Origin: an uncultured virus (IMG/VR IMGVR_UViG_3300013004_000029)
Lineage: Duplodnaviria; Heunggongvirae; Uroviricota; Caudoviricetes
DNA length: 20,000 nt
Reading direction: 5' to 3' (one strand)
Virus record (IMG/VR): IMGVR_UViG_3300013004_000029
The notes beneath the pieces were generated by a model. The model saw only the letters and a list, made by a program, of their open reading frames with translations, was not told where the DNA came from and made no database searches. The position numbers and the translations under genes are program-made. This document shows positions 1 through 9,180 of this stretch, in pieces (the stretch's first letter is position 1; every line of letters begins with the position of its first letter).

Positions 1-44
1 ATTCGTTCCTATTAAGGTGAGTAAGAGTATCTCTTTAGGATTTT

Positions 45-51
45 ATACACC
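45..51 (-). promoter_or_regulatory. GGTGTAT motif, candidate phage late promoter (copy 1)
   Basis: Minus-strand GGTGTAT just past the capsid terminator. It is followed by AGGA and the 'AT' of a probable ATG at the window edge (position 2). The same motif lies a similar distance before two other starts. Confidence 0.45.
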
Positions 52-56
52 TTTAT

Positions 57-92
57 AAAAAAAAGTAGGGCCAGCGGTTTACGCCAGCCCTA
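57..92 (-). terminator. Rho-independent terminator after the major capsid gene
   Basis: Minus strand reads TAGGGCTGGCG-TAAAC-CGCTGGCCCTA (11-bp stem with two G-U pairs), then C and T8. It lies about 38 nt after the capsid stop. Confidence 0.85.
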
Positions 93-129
93 ACTTTCAT
101 CGGTGAACCTACTTATTTAGTTGACACTA

Positions 130-1155
130 TTATAGAGCGCCAAGTAGAACTCTACGATTGTCTAGAACAGCAAAGCCCTGTTCTGCCCAGCCATAGAAAC
201 CAGCTCTCTTTTGACGATGTAGTGTATCGTCTTCGAAGATTTGAACTTCTTCACGAACTGGCATAATAAACGAATCGCTCTTGCGCAAGTCAAGACCGAC
301 AACAATTTCAACCTTGTCGTCAGCGGCACCGTTATCGGGCAATGTGCCATTGAGAGTGTTGCTATAGAATAGCTGATACTCTTGACCAACGCCGAGTTCA
401 TCAAGATCATGTAGGTTAACACCAAAGATTCTGTTGATGGCACCATCAGCAGCGGTGTAGATTTCACGACGAGTGATATCGTCAACTAAATCTAGACCCC
501 AATTACGAATGTCTTCCATACTTTCTGGAGAGACATAGAGATCGGTGAGGATACCACGGTTATTACTAGCCGAGTTACCGCCGCCGTTTCTACGCATAAC
601 TGTCTTCATGAGACTTACTAATCTCTTTGTAAACTGACCAGCTGATGCATCGCTATCATAGACAACGATGTTACGATCAACGCCAGCAGCAAGAATGGTG
701 TGCCAGCCGTCATCGTTCATCTTCTTAACAAATTGACCTTCTAGAACTTCCATAGCACGACCAACTACGTCCCAACGAGCATCACGGGCATACTTGAGTA
801 GCCAGTCGATACTAGCGCCGATGTCATAGGTTGGTACCATGACGTAATCGCCTTCAACATGGCGTTCTGGAATATAGCCATGATTTGGGATTGTATAAGC
901 TACGAAGTCTTTTTCTGTGCCTGGGGACAGAAAATCAAGTGGAAACTCTGGAGTAGCACTTTGAGCTAGTCTGATTGGTTCAAAAATACCGTCTAGGATG
1001 TTGCCGCTTAATAGGGCTTGTCTTAGTGGTAATTCTAGAGCCTTAGCAAACTCGTGGGTTGCTGCTAAAGAAGTTTCTCTATTCATCGAGCCGGAACGAA
1101 CTAAAAGATCAGTTAGTTCCGAAGTGGGCTGAAAAGTTTTATTGTTGCCTGCCAT
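130..1155 (-). CDS. Major capsid protein (probable HK97 fold)
   Basis: 341 aa; last gene of the TerL-portal-protease-decoration series. GGGAG RBS, followed by a terminator. The C-terminal 'AGFYGWAEQGFAVLDNRRVL' resembles HK97-type capsid ends. Call rests on synteny plus recognition. Confidence 0.8.
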   Translation of the reverse strand: MAGNNKTFQPTSELTDLLVRSGSMNRETSLAATHEFAKALELPLRQALLSGNILDGIFEPIRLAQSATPEFPLDFLSPGTEKDFVAYTIPNHGYIPERHVEGDYVMVPTYDIGASIDWLLKYARDARWDVVGRAMEVLEGQFVKKMNDDGWHTILAAGVDRNIVVYDSDASAGQFTKRLVSLMKTVMRRNGGGNSASNNRGILTDLYVSPESMEDIRNWGLDLVDDITRREIYTAADGAINRIFGVNLHDLDELGVGQEYQLFYSNTLNGTLPDNGAADDKVEIVVGLDLRKSDSFIMPVREEVQIFEDDTLHRQKRAGFYGWAEQGFAVLDNRRVLLGAL

Positions 1156-1183
1156 TGTTTATTCTCCCTGTTTGAAAAATGAA

Positions 1184-1639
1184 TTATAGATTTACTGATA
1201 CTTTAGCGTAACCGTTGGAATCTACTGCACTGAGGAATTGACCAATCTTAACTGCTCCAGCAGCTTGTGTTGTGCTGATATAGCCACTGTTAGCTACATA
1301 AGCATCAGCGCCTGCCGATGGTGTGCCAGCTACGAGGTTTGTGGTAACCTGTCCCTGACGCAATAGTGTTACTTTGCCTCCAACTTGTACTTCGTCTTTG
1401 TGCCAATTGATGTGCTGTCTTGTTAGATCAAGGTCAACAACATCATTGAGTAGAATACCAACTGGCTTGGCTCCAGATGCATTTGCGGCATAAGCAACAA
1501 CAGCATTGGCATCATCCATAGATACGCCAACACCACTGCTAGTAACCACAACTGAAGCAACGCCACCACGAGTAGCGGTAGTATTCATGAAAAAAGAAAC
1601 GTCTGATAGAAGTTCGATACGATCTGGTTTTAGAGCCAT
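1184..1639 (-). CDS. Capsid decoration/cement-like protein
   Basis: 151 aa, rich in G/A/V beta-type segments ('KPVGILLNDV', 'GGKVTLLRQGQV', 'AGADAYVANSGYIST', 'KIGQFLS'). Sits directly upstream of the capsid gene with a GGAG RBS. Confidence 0.6.
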   Translation of the reverse strand: MALKPDRIELLSDVSFFMNTTATRGGVASVVVTSSGVGVSMDDANAVVAYAANASGAKPVGILLNDVVDLDLTRQHINWHKDEVQVGGKVTLLRQGQVTTNLVAGTPSAGADAYVANSGYISTTQAAGAVKIGQFLSAVDSNGYAKVSVNL

Positions 1640-1661
1640 TGTATAATCTCCGATAAAAGGG

Positions 1662-2339
1662 TTATTTGGATATGCCTAATCTGCTAGTTACAAAATCTAC
1701 TAGAGCTGCGCGAGCTGATGATACAGTATTTTCAACATCATCTTGACCAACTGATAAATTGACATTTTCTTCAAGTTCGGCAGTCTCTAGAACAGCAGGA
1801 TCAGCTGTTGTTTCTGAAGCCTTCTTCTTAGCTTTTTCTTCTGTATCATCTTCTTCTTTCTTATCTTTTAGCCATGGTGGCATTTTGCCTGCTAGCGACA
1901 CAATGGCTTCAAAAGCTTCATCGTCTACAGATTCGAATTTTTCTACTGTTGATAAAGCAAGCTCGCCATCGACACCCTTGTCTGTTAGTTGAGCTACTCT
2001 CTTCATCTTCTTTTCTTTCTTCATGGCTTCTTCTTCTGCTTTCTTATAGCCAGCGATAGCTTCTAAAGCAGCATCAAGATCAGCCTTCATCTTTTTGACT
2101 TCTTCGTCCTTCTTGGACATTTCAGTCTTAACCTTGGCTAATGATTCGTTAAGATCAGAAATAGTTTTGTCATGTTCAGCTTTGAGCTGTTCTATTTCTG
2201 TATCCTTAGCCTTAATAGAATTTTGTAGTTCGTCCACATTGGTAGAAGCTACTTCAGTTACAGTTACTTCTTCCACTGGATTAATTGTTTGTGCCTCTGT
2301 TGCTGGTACAACTTCTGCAACCGATGTTTCTTCTTTCAT
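1662..2339 (-). CDS. Nested in-frame scaffolding protein (internal start, 225 aa, MKEETSVAEV...)
   Basis: In-frame ATG at 2339 with GGAG 9 nt upstream and a GGTGTAT motif at 2387-2381. It starts exactly where the coiled-coil region begins. Confidence 0.5.
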   Translation of the reverse strand: MKEETSVAEVVPATEAQTINPVEEVTVTEVASTNVDELQNSIKAKDTEIEQLKAEHDKTISDLNESLAKVKTEMSKKDEEVKKMKADLDAALEAIAGYKKAEEEAMKKEKKMKRVAQLTDKGVDGELALSTVEKFESVDDEAFEAIVSLAGKMPPWLKDKKEEDDTEEKAKKKASETTADPAVLETAELEENVNLSVGQDDVENTVSSARAALVDFVTSRLGISK

Positions 2340-3170
2340 TGTACTATTCTCCACTTGATTAAGGTTGGACTCTTGTTTAGATACACCTGATATTACAAAA
2401 TCGTCTTTTTTTTCCAAATTAATATTTTCATTTTTATTCAATAGATTGTCTTTAGTAAAAATTACACTGTCTGGATTTGCTGGTTTATCAACAAACCCCT
2501 TGCCAGAAAAGGTAATATTTCTAAGAACACGACCTATTTTATAGTTATCGTGCTCTCCCATTCCGCCGTATGCTCTAAGATATTTTGTTAAATAAGCGGT
2601 AGCTTCATTTCTGGATAAAACTTTATATTCTCCAGTTGTTTTATTTAAGAGACCATAATCAAATCCCTTAAAAAAGCATTCCATGCTAACATACTTAGTA
2701 CCATCTTCTATTTCTGCTATTAATTTATCTGCTCTATTTTTTAGTTCAGGAATTGTATAACCTTTATAGATTACAGAGCCTGTTAAAATATGATATGTAT
2801 TTGGTAAATTTTCTACTGGGGTATTATCGTCAATTAATACTCCTTCGGTTGTAACAGGCCAATTTGATGTTATATGTCCGACTATATCGCCTTCATTATG
2901 TTCTAGATTTGTGGGCTTATCTTCTGGAGTGCTTTTGGCTTGCCATACTTCTGCTTTATCAAAAATATCGTCATTCTTATTCCAGTTTGATGTCACAAGA
3001 ATAGATTGGACATAATATAAATCAGAATCATTTACAGAAGCCAAACTCTTGATATGCTTAGTTTGACTAGATGTTGAGCATGGTTCTACATATGATGCAT
3101 AGGATATTGAGGCTGATGCCTTGATAGTCTCTTCTAGGCCATCTAGTTTTTCTTGTTCAAATATTTTCAT
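1662..3170 (-). CDS. Prohead protease fused to a coiled-coil scaffolding domain
   Basis: The N-terminal half has 'NKNDDIF', 'KPTNLEH' (candidate His) and 'VSMEC' (candidate Ser), typical of phage maturation proteases. The C-terminal half is an E/K-rich coiled coil. Lies between portal and capsid genes. Confidence 0.75.
   Translation of the reverse strand: MKIFEQEKLDGLEETIKASASISYASYVEPCSTSSQTKHIKSLASVNDSDLYYVQSILVTSNWNKNDDIFDKAEVWQAKSTPEDKPTNLEHNEGDIVGHITSNWPVTTEGVLIDDNTPVENLPNTYHILTGSVIYKGYTIPELKNRADKLIAEIEDGTKYVSMECFFKGFDYGLLNKTTGEYKVLSRNEATAYLTKYLRAYGGMGEHDNYKIGRVLRNITFSGKGFVDKPANPDSVIFTKDNLLNKNENINLEKKDDFVISGVSKQESNLNQVENSTMKEETSVAEVVPATEAQTINPVEEVTVTEVASTNVDELQNSIKAKDTEIEQLKAEHDKTISDLNESLAKVKTEMSKKDEEVKKMKADLDAALEAIAGYKKAEEEAMKKEKKMKRVAQLTDKGVDGELALSTVEKFESVDDEAFEAIVSLAGKMPPWLKDKKEEDDTEEKAKKKASETTADPAVLETAELEENVNLSVGQDDVENTVSSARAALVDFVTSRLGISK
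2381..2387 (-). promoter_or_regulatory. GGTGTAT motif, candidate late promoter (copy 2, inside the protease gene)
   Basis: About 42 nt upstream of the internal ATG at 2339. Confidence 0.4.
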
Positions 3171-3182
3171 GTATGATCTCCA

Positions 3183-5375
3183 TTATTCTGTATATAGGTA
3201 TGAATAAAATGAAGCTTTAGCCTGTTTTTGTTCTTCTACCGTTAATGTTTTGTCTAATTGTGCAGATAATCCTTTGAGCCAATTATTATACCCCAGAAAT
3301 AATGTTTTCTGCTCTTCTTTGTTTATCTCGCCAAATACTTTCATGATATTATCTTTATCTATTGTTGAAAATGGTTTGGTGGCAAATAGTATTTTTGACT
3401 TGGTTTCCTCTAATTCCTTAGACTCTTCGCTAGATAATGATCTTAGGTTTTTCTTCTTATAGAAATCTAATAATATAGGATTTATTATTTCACTTATTTT
3501 TTCTTGTGCATCATTCGCCCAAACCATAAGGGTTGCCCCTGTTTGGGGTTTAAAGACTTTTGTTTTGCGTGGCGAAGAATCTTTAGAAGTCTTGGGGCGA
3601 CCTTGACCCGGTACTCCTGGCAAAGATTCTGGCGAATCTTTTGCCAACTGCGTTGGGTTAGCATTAGGCATTTGAGAGGTCTTCATTTCTAACGCTGTTT
3701 TCTCTCCACTTTTCTTTTTGTCCAACTCCAACCCCACTTGACTGGGTGTTACGGTTCCTCCTTGGAGAGCTATTTTCTTTAGAGCATTTTCTAGTTGTGG
3801 ATCATGCCATGGGCCAGATTTTCTTACCATTCTATTACTATTCCTATCTCTTGTTTCCCTATTAAGTCTGGTTCTTTCCATATCTGGATCAAAGCCAAAT
3901 CTATTTTGTAGCATTTCGTCTGAGATTAGATTTCTATCTGCTAATTGAATTAATAATGCCTTTTCACTATCTTCATTACTTAGATCCATTCTATCAAATT
4001 CTATTTTAGCTGAGTATTTAAAACCCATTGCTTTTTGAACAAGGGCCATTTCTTGTTCCCAGAAATTGATTATAACATCTCTTCCGTATTGGAGTCTTTG
4101 AGTAAGAGTTTTTAGACTGATGAAATTGTTTGTGGTTCCAGCCGCACCGAATGTTCCTGTTAGGGTTGGAGGAATACCAAGACCAGCATAAACACTGTTT
4201 AAATGTGGAATGTATTTACCTTCTCCAAGAAATTGATGTACTGTAGTTTTGGATTCTATTAACTCAATATCTGGACCCCACACAAGATCCATTGTACCAC
4301 CACCAACATTGTTACCTAAAATTTGTGCTAATTTAGCGGTGGCTGCTTTTGTTGGGGCGATCTTATGTTCTAGATTTCCTAGTTTAAAAATTCTGATATT
4401 AGAGATAGCACCGTCTAGTGCTGCCATATCTGCTAATTTAAGCTTTTCTATAACAATGATATCATCCATAATGGCATAAATCATTGGGAAAGCCCATGCT
4501 TGCCAATCGTCTTTTTTGTAGTGATATACAATAGTTTTATTTGGATCTAATAAATAGGGTTTTCTATTTTTAGCTGCTTCTATAATTTCTGTTGGTAAAG
4601 ATTCAACAATTTTCTTTTCTGCTTCAGTTTTGGGACTATTAATAATTTTTCTAAGATTACCCGGTAAACTAATCTGATATGTTTTATTGGCTACGAAAGA
4701 AGCTAGTGCTCCACCAGAAACATCAACATAATAAGGATCTATGAAAGTATATTTCCAGGGAACTTCTCTTTTTTCTAATTTGATTTGATCTGGGTCTTGT
4801 ACGATAAGATCTGGACTAGAAACAGCTTTATACAAATTATCTGCAACTTTAACGCTTAATTTTGCTGTTTGTCTATTAACAACAATATTTCCTGTTTTAT
4901 ATAAGTTATTAAGAAATCTTTCGCTACGTTCTTTACCATTGATTTTTTTAAACCATTGCTTATAGAATCTTTCTATTCTTTTGTTTTTGTGAACTGGTCG
5001 GATTCCTTGAACCGCAAAATCCGCCATAAGATCAATAACATTTTTTACCAAACCAACTCTTTGATAGATATCTTCAGCTTTTTTAATTACATTTTTTACT
5101 TGAGAAGGAACTTCTTCGTCTGGTCTAAAATAGTAGTAGTCGGCTCTTGTTAATCCGGGTCTGCCACCAGTATTTGTGTCTAGATTAGAATAGTCTAAGC
5201 GATATCTTCTTGAACCTTCAGCCTTTTGTATACCTATAAATTCTTCAAGAGAATCTGAGGATTTATTAAGAGCTTCCTGTTTGCTGTTAAGGTCATCTCC
5301 CCATGTTACATATGCTTCAGCTTTTTCTGTACTAGCATTTTGAACACTTTCGCTTTTTGGATATTTTTTGCTCAT
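3183..5375 (-). CDS. Portal protein
   Basis: 730 aa, directly after TerL. Portal-like features include 'LVKNVIDLMADFAVQGI', 'VYAGLGIPPTL' and 'LIQLADRNLIS', plus a low-complexity tail with 'GQGRP'. Confidence 0.8.
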   Translation of the reverse strand: MSKKYPKSESVQNASTEKAEAYVTWGDDLNSKQEALNKSSDSLEEFIGIQKAEGSRRYRLDYSNLDTNTGGRPGLTRADYYYFRPDEEVPSQVKNVIKKAEDIYQRVGLVKNVIDLMADFAVQGIRPVHKNKRIERFYKQWFKKINGKERSERFLNNLYKTGNIVVNRQTAKLSVKVADNLYKAVSSPDLIVQDPDQIKLEKREVPWKYTFIDPYYVDVSGGALASFVANKTYQISLPGNLRKIINSPKTEAEKKIVESLPTEIIEAAKNRKPYLLDPNKTIVYHYKKDDWQAWAFPMIYAIMDDIIVIEKLKLADMAALDGAISNIRIFKLGNLEHKIAPTKAATAKLAQILGNNVGGGTMDLVWGPDIELIESKTTVHQFLGEGKYIPHLNSVYAGLGIPPTLTGTFGAAGTTNNFISLKTLTQRLQYGRDVIINFWEQEMALVQKAMGFKYSAKIEFDRMDLSNEDSEKALLIQLADRNLISDEMLQNRFGFDPDMERTRLNRETRDRNSNRMVRKSGPWHDPQLENALKKIALQGGTVTPSQVGLELDKKKSGEKTALEMKTSQMPNANPTQLAKDSPESLPGVPGQGRPKTSKDSSPRKTKVFKPQTGATLMVWANDAQEKISEIINPILLDFYKKKNLRSLSSEESKELEETKSKILFATKPFSTIDKDNIMKVFGEINKEEQKTLFLGYNNWLKGLSAQLDKTLTVEEQKQAKASFYSYLYTE

Positions 5376-5420
5376 ATTTTCGATTCTATTGTAATGGGAT
5401 TGCGATATAATTACTTGTCA

Positions 5421-5427
5421 ATACACC
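5421..5427 (-). promoter_or_regulatory. GGTGTAT motif, candidate late promoter (copy 3)
   Basis: At the TerL stop, about 46 nt upstream of the portal ATG at 5375. Confidence 0.45.
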
Positions 5428-7466
5428 TATTCTCTATATATTCCTTTATATATGTCTTCGTTTACTGCGGATGTAAACCATTCTGGTCCTTTATATAGTG
5501 TTCCTTGACAATTGACTATATTCCTACGATTTTCACCTATGATATCATATTCGACTGGCTGTAAAGTTAATCGGCTTTGTCTTGCTAACATATTTGCTAT
5601 TAATAATGAACTATATCGGTCTTTTCTTAATCTACCCTTTTTACCGTTTGGTAGCTTAACTTCTGGAGTATCCCATCTATCTCTTGAATTAGGACCTGTG
5701 CTTGTTTGTGACATAACTATTGTTGTCAATTCATTTTTAAGTTCTTCTATTTCAAGAATGCATTCACTTACGCTATCATAAATATTATGTGTTAAATCTG
5801 TTGTCATAATATCTTTACCTTCAGCATCTAATGCTAGTCCGAGAGTTAAACCATCGAACCTAGGAAATAATAGTGTTTTATCTTCTAGGTCTTTTCTTAA
5901 TCCATGATTTGCTTGACTAGTCCATTCTGCCTTAGCAAACTGTACGAGTTCTATGATATGTTGTCCCGGTTGATTATCTGTGTCTTTGGATTTATTGTAA
6001 TCAATAACTGGCCATAATAGTGTTTCACCATCTTCTAGCTTGGACGGATCATGCAATGCTTCTTCGATGGCTACACCACCACCCTGAGCATCCATACCAA
6101 TACGTGAACATGGAAATGTTTTCATAAGATTTCTAATTTTTCTTGCACAAAACCCATAGAAATCATGTTCTTTAACTAATCCTGTCTTTTGTCTTTCTTT
6201 AAAGTTATTTCTATTAGTTGTCCAACAATATACAACTCTTGAGTGATCTTGATATGCTTCTAGTATAACTATACTGAAATTATCTTGTTCACTAGCAGGA
6301 TCGATTCCATAGATATATTGTTTAGATGAATTACCTGTAATCACAGCATCAAATATGATAGGATTAGAATTTATTACTACGGGATTAGAGTCATTGACTA
6401 CGCAGCTCTCAATTAAACTACGCTTAAAAAATCCATTACTATCAGACGTAAAACAAGCACCATATTCCATATTATATATGCCAGTATGAATAGTGGCTTT
6501 TGCTCTACTTACCTGTTTATCATCCATGAAGCCTTTTGGAATAAGCTCATATGGGATTCTAATAATGCTATAATCTTTCCAATTAAAATTAATAGGAACT
6601 TCACCTTTGAAGATTTCTTCTAATTTATGAGGATCTCCTTTGCTCTCTATAATTGCTTTATATCTATTCCAATATTGTGCGAAATGTTTAAAGGAATAAT
6701 CTGCTGTACCACTAATGATAGCTTGATTACCCATTTTTGTATTTAATGATTCTAGCTGTTCATTCCATAGCCCAGCTTCTATCATAGCTTCTCTTTTGGC
6801 TTGTTCTTTAACATTTTGTATAGGACTGGCCGAAACTGCTGCGAAGCCTGAAACAACTGTCTCATAAATATCTGGAGATATAGATGCAAATTCGTCAGCA
6901 ATAATAATATGAGCGCGTAAACCTCTAATTTTACTTCCGTCGCCCATCGGCACAGCAATAGTCCAACTGTCTCCTAGTCGTATTGTACATCTATCAACGT
7001 CTCGACGAGGACCGTCATCATTACCGTTGTAGATGCTTCTAAGAATAGGACTATTTCTCCACATGGTTTCCATGTACTCAAAGATAATCTTACTCTGTCT
7101 GAAAGCTGCACCAACGATAACTATTTTAGTTCCTGGATAAAATGTACAACGCAATAGAGAATATAAGGCTAGTAAAAATGATTTACCCCAACCACGACTA
7201 GCAATATACATTGGAAAAGCTCTAACCCAAAATTCTTGTAAAATTAATATTTGTATTGGATGTAGTTCTATATTAAATAAAAGCTTACATGTTGATCCAA
7301 TATAGTCAGGACTCCTAAGTAATCTAAGCAGATGCAGGTCCGGATTTTCTATATCCTTTTCTGATCTGTGTATCATTGGATTACGATCTATAGATAGGAC
7401 AGATAAATCACCTAGTCCTAGCCAAGCATCTTCAAATATCTTTTTCTGACTTTCCTTCAAGTTCAT
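5427..7466 (-). CDS. terL: Terminase large subunit
   Basis: Walker A 'ASRGWGKS', Walker B 'HIIIADEF', 'IRGLRA', coupling-like 'IISGT', and RNase H-like nuclease motifs 'YGIDPA' and 'KDRYSS'. Confidence 0.92.
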   Translation of the reverse strand: MNLKESQKKIFEDAWLGLGDLSVLSIDRNPMIHRSEKDIENPDLHLLRLLRSPDYIGSTCKLLFNIELHPIQILILQEFWVRAFPMYIASRGWGKSFLLALYSLLRCTFYPGTKIVIVGAAFRQSKIIFEYMETMWRNSPILRSIYNGNDDGPRRDVDRCTIRLGDSWTIAVPMGDGSKIRGLRAHIIIADEFASISPDIYETVVSGFAAVSASPIQNVKEQAKREAMIEAGLWNEQLESLNTKMGNQAIISGTADYSFKHFAQYWNRYKAIIESKGDPHKLEEIFKGEVPINFNWKDYSIIRIPYELIPKGFMDDKQVSRAKATIHTGIYNMEYGACFTSDSNGFFKRSLIESCVVNDSNPVVINSNPIIFDAVITGNSSKQYIYGIDPASEQDNFSIVILEAYQDHSRVVYCWTTNRNNFKERQKTGLVKEHDFYGFCARKIRNLMKTFPCSRIGMDAQGGGVAIEEALHDPSKLEDGETLLWPVIDYNKSKDTDNQPGQHIIELVQFAKAEWTSQANHGLRKDLEDKTLLFPRFDGLTLGLALDAEGKDIMTTDLTHNIYDSVSECILEIEELKNELTTIVMSQTSTGPNSRDRWDTPEVKLPNGKKGRLRKDRYSSLLIANMLARQSRLTLQPVEYDIIGENRRNIVNCQGTLYKGPEWFTSAVNEDIYKGIYRE

Positions 7467-7911
7467 AAACTCTTCTCATGATTGCTATTGCCATTTTTTC
7501 GGCATTTGATGGGGATCCGCAAAATAATACTTTGATATTGAAATATACCTGTAATTCTGTTAAATGTTTTAGTATAAATGCTGGAGAGATTTTTAACTTA
7601 TCCCACATTTTCTTAGGAACATTTGAACCAATAGGATATTGTAAAACATCTTCTAGATCAAACTCTAGAAGAATAAAAGGATATTTATATGTTGTCATTC
7701 TATTGATAACGTCTTTAAATCTTTTTTCTGTAATATTATTAGCTATTTCACTTACGCTTTTTTTACGTTCAATACATAATAAATGCTCAAAACCTTCCAT
7801 AGAATAATCGCCAGTATCTAGTTTTCTAGACGCTACTTCGTGTCGTGGAAAATCCCACGGTTGCTGTTCTCTGGTATCAACTATAATTTTGATGTTATTG
7901 TAATCTATCAT
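7432..7911 (-). CDS. ERCC4/XPF-family nuclease
   Basis: Motifs 'IIVDTREQ', 'LDTGDYS' and 'CIERKK'. The probable start is ATG 7911 (MIDYNNIK); the ORF track extends to 7950. Confidence 0.85.
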   Translation of the reverse strand: MIDYNNIKIIVDTREQQPWDFPRHEVASRKLDTGDYSMEGFEHLLCIERKKSVSEIANNITEKRFKDVINRMTTYKYPFILLEFDLEDVLQYPIGSNVPKKMWDKLKISPAFILKHLTELQVYFNIKVLFCGSPSNAEKMAIAIMRRVYELEGKSEKDI

Positions 7912-8173
7912 TTTTCTTGTCCTGCAAAATTTTAAAAAATACAGATTCATAGGAGTCTTCCATACCCTGAATCATTTTGTGGTGTTGTTTACATAATGTT
8001 ATTCCATTATTAACATCATACCTTAAGGCTGGATAATTAGCCCATGTTCTTATATGGTGAGCATTTAATTTTTTCTTATTTATACATCCTGGCCACTGAC
8101 AGCAAAAACTATCTCTTGTATAAACATCTTTTCTCCATTTTTTATATATTGGATCATCATAGTTTCTAAACAT
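7895..8173 (-). CDS. HNH endonuclease
   Basis: 'WRKDVYTRDSFCCQWPGC...AHHI...DVNNGITLCKQHH', the pattern of small terminase-associated HNH proteins. Confidence 0.88.
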   Translation of the reverse strand: MFRNYDDPIYKKWRKDVYTRDSFCCQWPGCINKKKLNAHHIRTWANYPALRYDVNNGITLCKQHHKMIQGMEDSYESVFFKILQDKKNDRLQ

Positions 8174-9179
8174 AGCTATATGCTTTAATATCAGAGTTAA
8201 CCATATCTTCTACTAATTCTGCAAAAGAAATTTCTGGAACCCAACCTAGCTGTTTACGAGCCTTTTCTGGAGATCCTTTAAGATATTCTACTTCTGCTGG
8301 ACGATAAAGATTAGCATCAATTTCAACATGTTGAGTATAGTCTAAATTAACTAAGCCAAATGCTATCTTAAGAAAATCTAATACTGTTCTAGTTTCTCCG
8401 GTAGCTATAACATAATCATCAGGAACATCTTCTTGCAACATCATCCACATTGCTCTTACGTAATCTTTGGCGTGTCCCCAATCTCTATGAATATTAATAT
8501 TGCCTAATTTAAGCGTACTGGTTGTATCTATACCTGTAACTAATTTGCCTATGTATTTTGTTATTTTACGAGTTACAAAATTTTCGCCTCTTCGTGGACT
8601 TTCGTGATTAAACAGAATACCGGAACACCCAAACAGACCATAGCCATCTCTATAAATTTGTACCATTCGATGAGCGGCTAGTTTGGAAACGCCGTATGGA
8701 CTTTGTGGCATAAATTCTGTATTCTCGTCTTGATATGTTTCATTAGAAGCATAGTCTACAGATACGTTTCTCCCAAACATTTCACTAGTACTAGCCTGAT
8801 AAAACTTGGTATCTGATGAATAATTTCTTATAGCTTCTAGTATATTAATAACTCCAGTAGTATTAATATCTATAGTTGTACTTGGTTGTTTGAAACTAGT
8901 ACCAACATGGCTTTGTGCAGCTAAATTATAGAATTCATTTGGTTGAAACTTTGAAACCATTGCTGATACTGCGGAAGGATCAGTCAAGTCGAATTCTTCT
9001 AGCTGGAAGTTAGGATTATGAATGATATTATTTAATCTTTGAAAATTATTACTGCTACTTCTGCGATATAAACCTATTACAGTATATCCTTTGGATAAAA
9101 GAAGTTCTGATAAATATGATCCGTCTTGTCCGGTCACTCCGGTAACCATAGCAATTTGATTATATTCTTTAGTTTTCAT
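8166..9179 (-). CDS. gmd: GDP-mannose 4,6-dehydratase
   Basis: 'TGVTGQDGSYL', 'YNLAAQSHV', 'YQASTSEMFG', 'SPYGVSK', 'GILFNHESPRRGENFVTRKI', 'RDWGHAKDYV'. Probable start is ATG 9179. Confidence 0.96.
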   Translation of the reverse strand: MKTKEYNQIAMVTGVTGQDGSYLSELLLSKGYTVIGLYRRSSSNNFQRLNNIIHNPNFQLEEFDLTDPSAVSAMVSKFQPNEFYNLAAQSHVGTSFKQPSTTIDINTTGVINILEAIRNYSSDTKFYQASTSEMFGRNVSVDYASNETYQDENTEFMPQSPYGVSKLAAHRMVQIYRDGYGLFGCSGILFNHESPRRGENFVTRKITKYIGKLVTGIDTTSTLKLGNINIHRDWGHAKDYVRAMWMMLQEDVPDDYVIATGETRTVLDFLKIAFGLVNLDYTQHVEIDANLYRPAEVEYLKGSPEKARKQLGWVPEISFAELVEDMVNSDIKAYSYV

Positions 9180-9180
9180 A

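Noticed and set aside
5427..7466. Intein or intron in the terminase
   Set aside because: The ORF is continuous, and I saw no intein splice or LAGLIDADG motifs.
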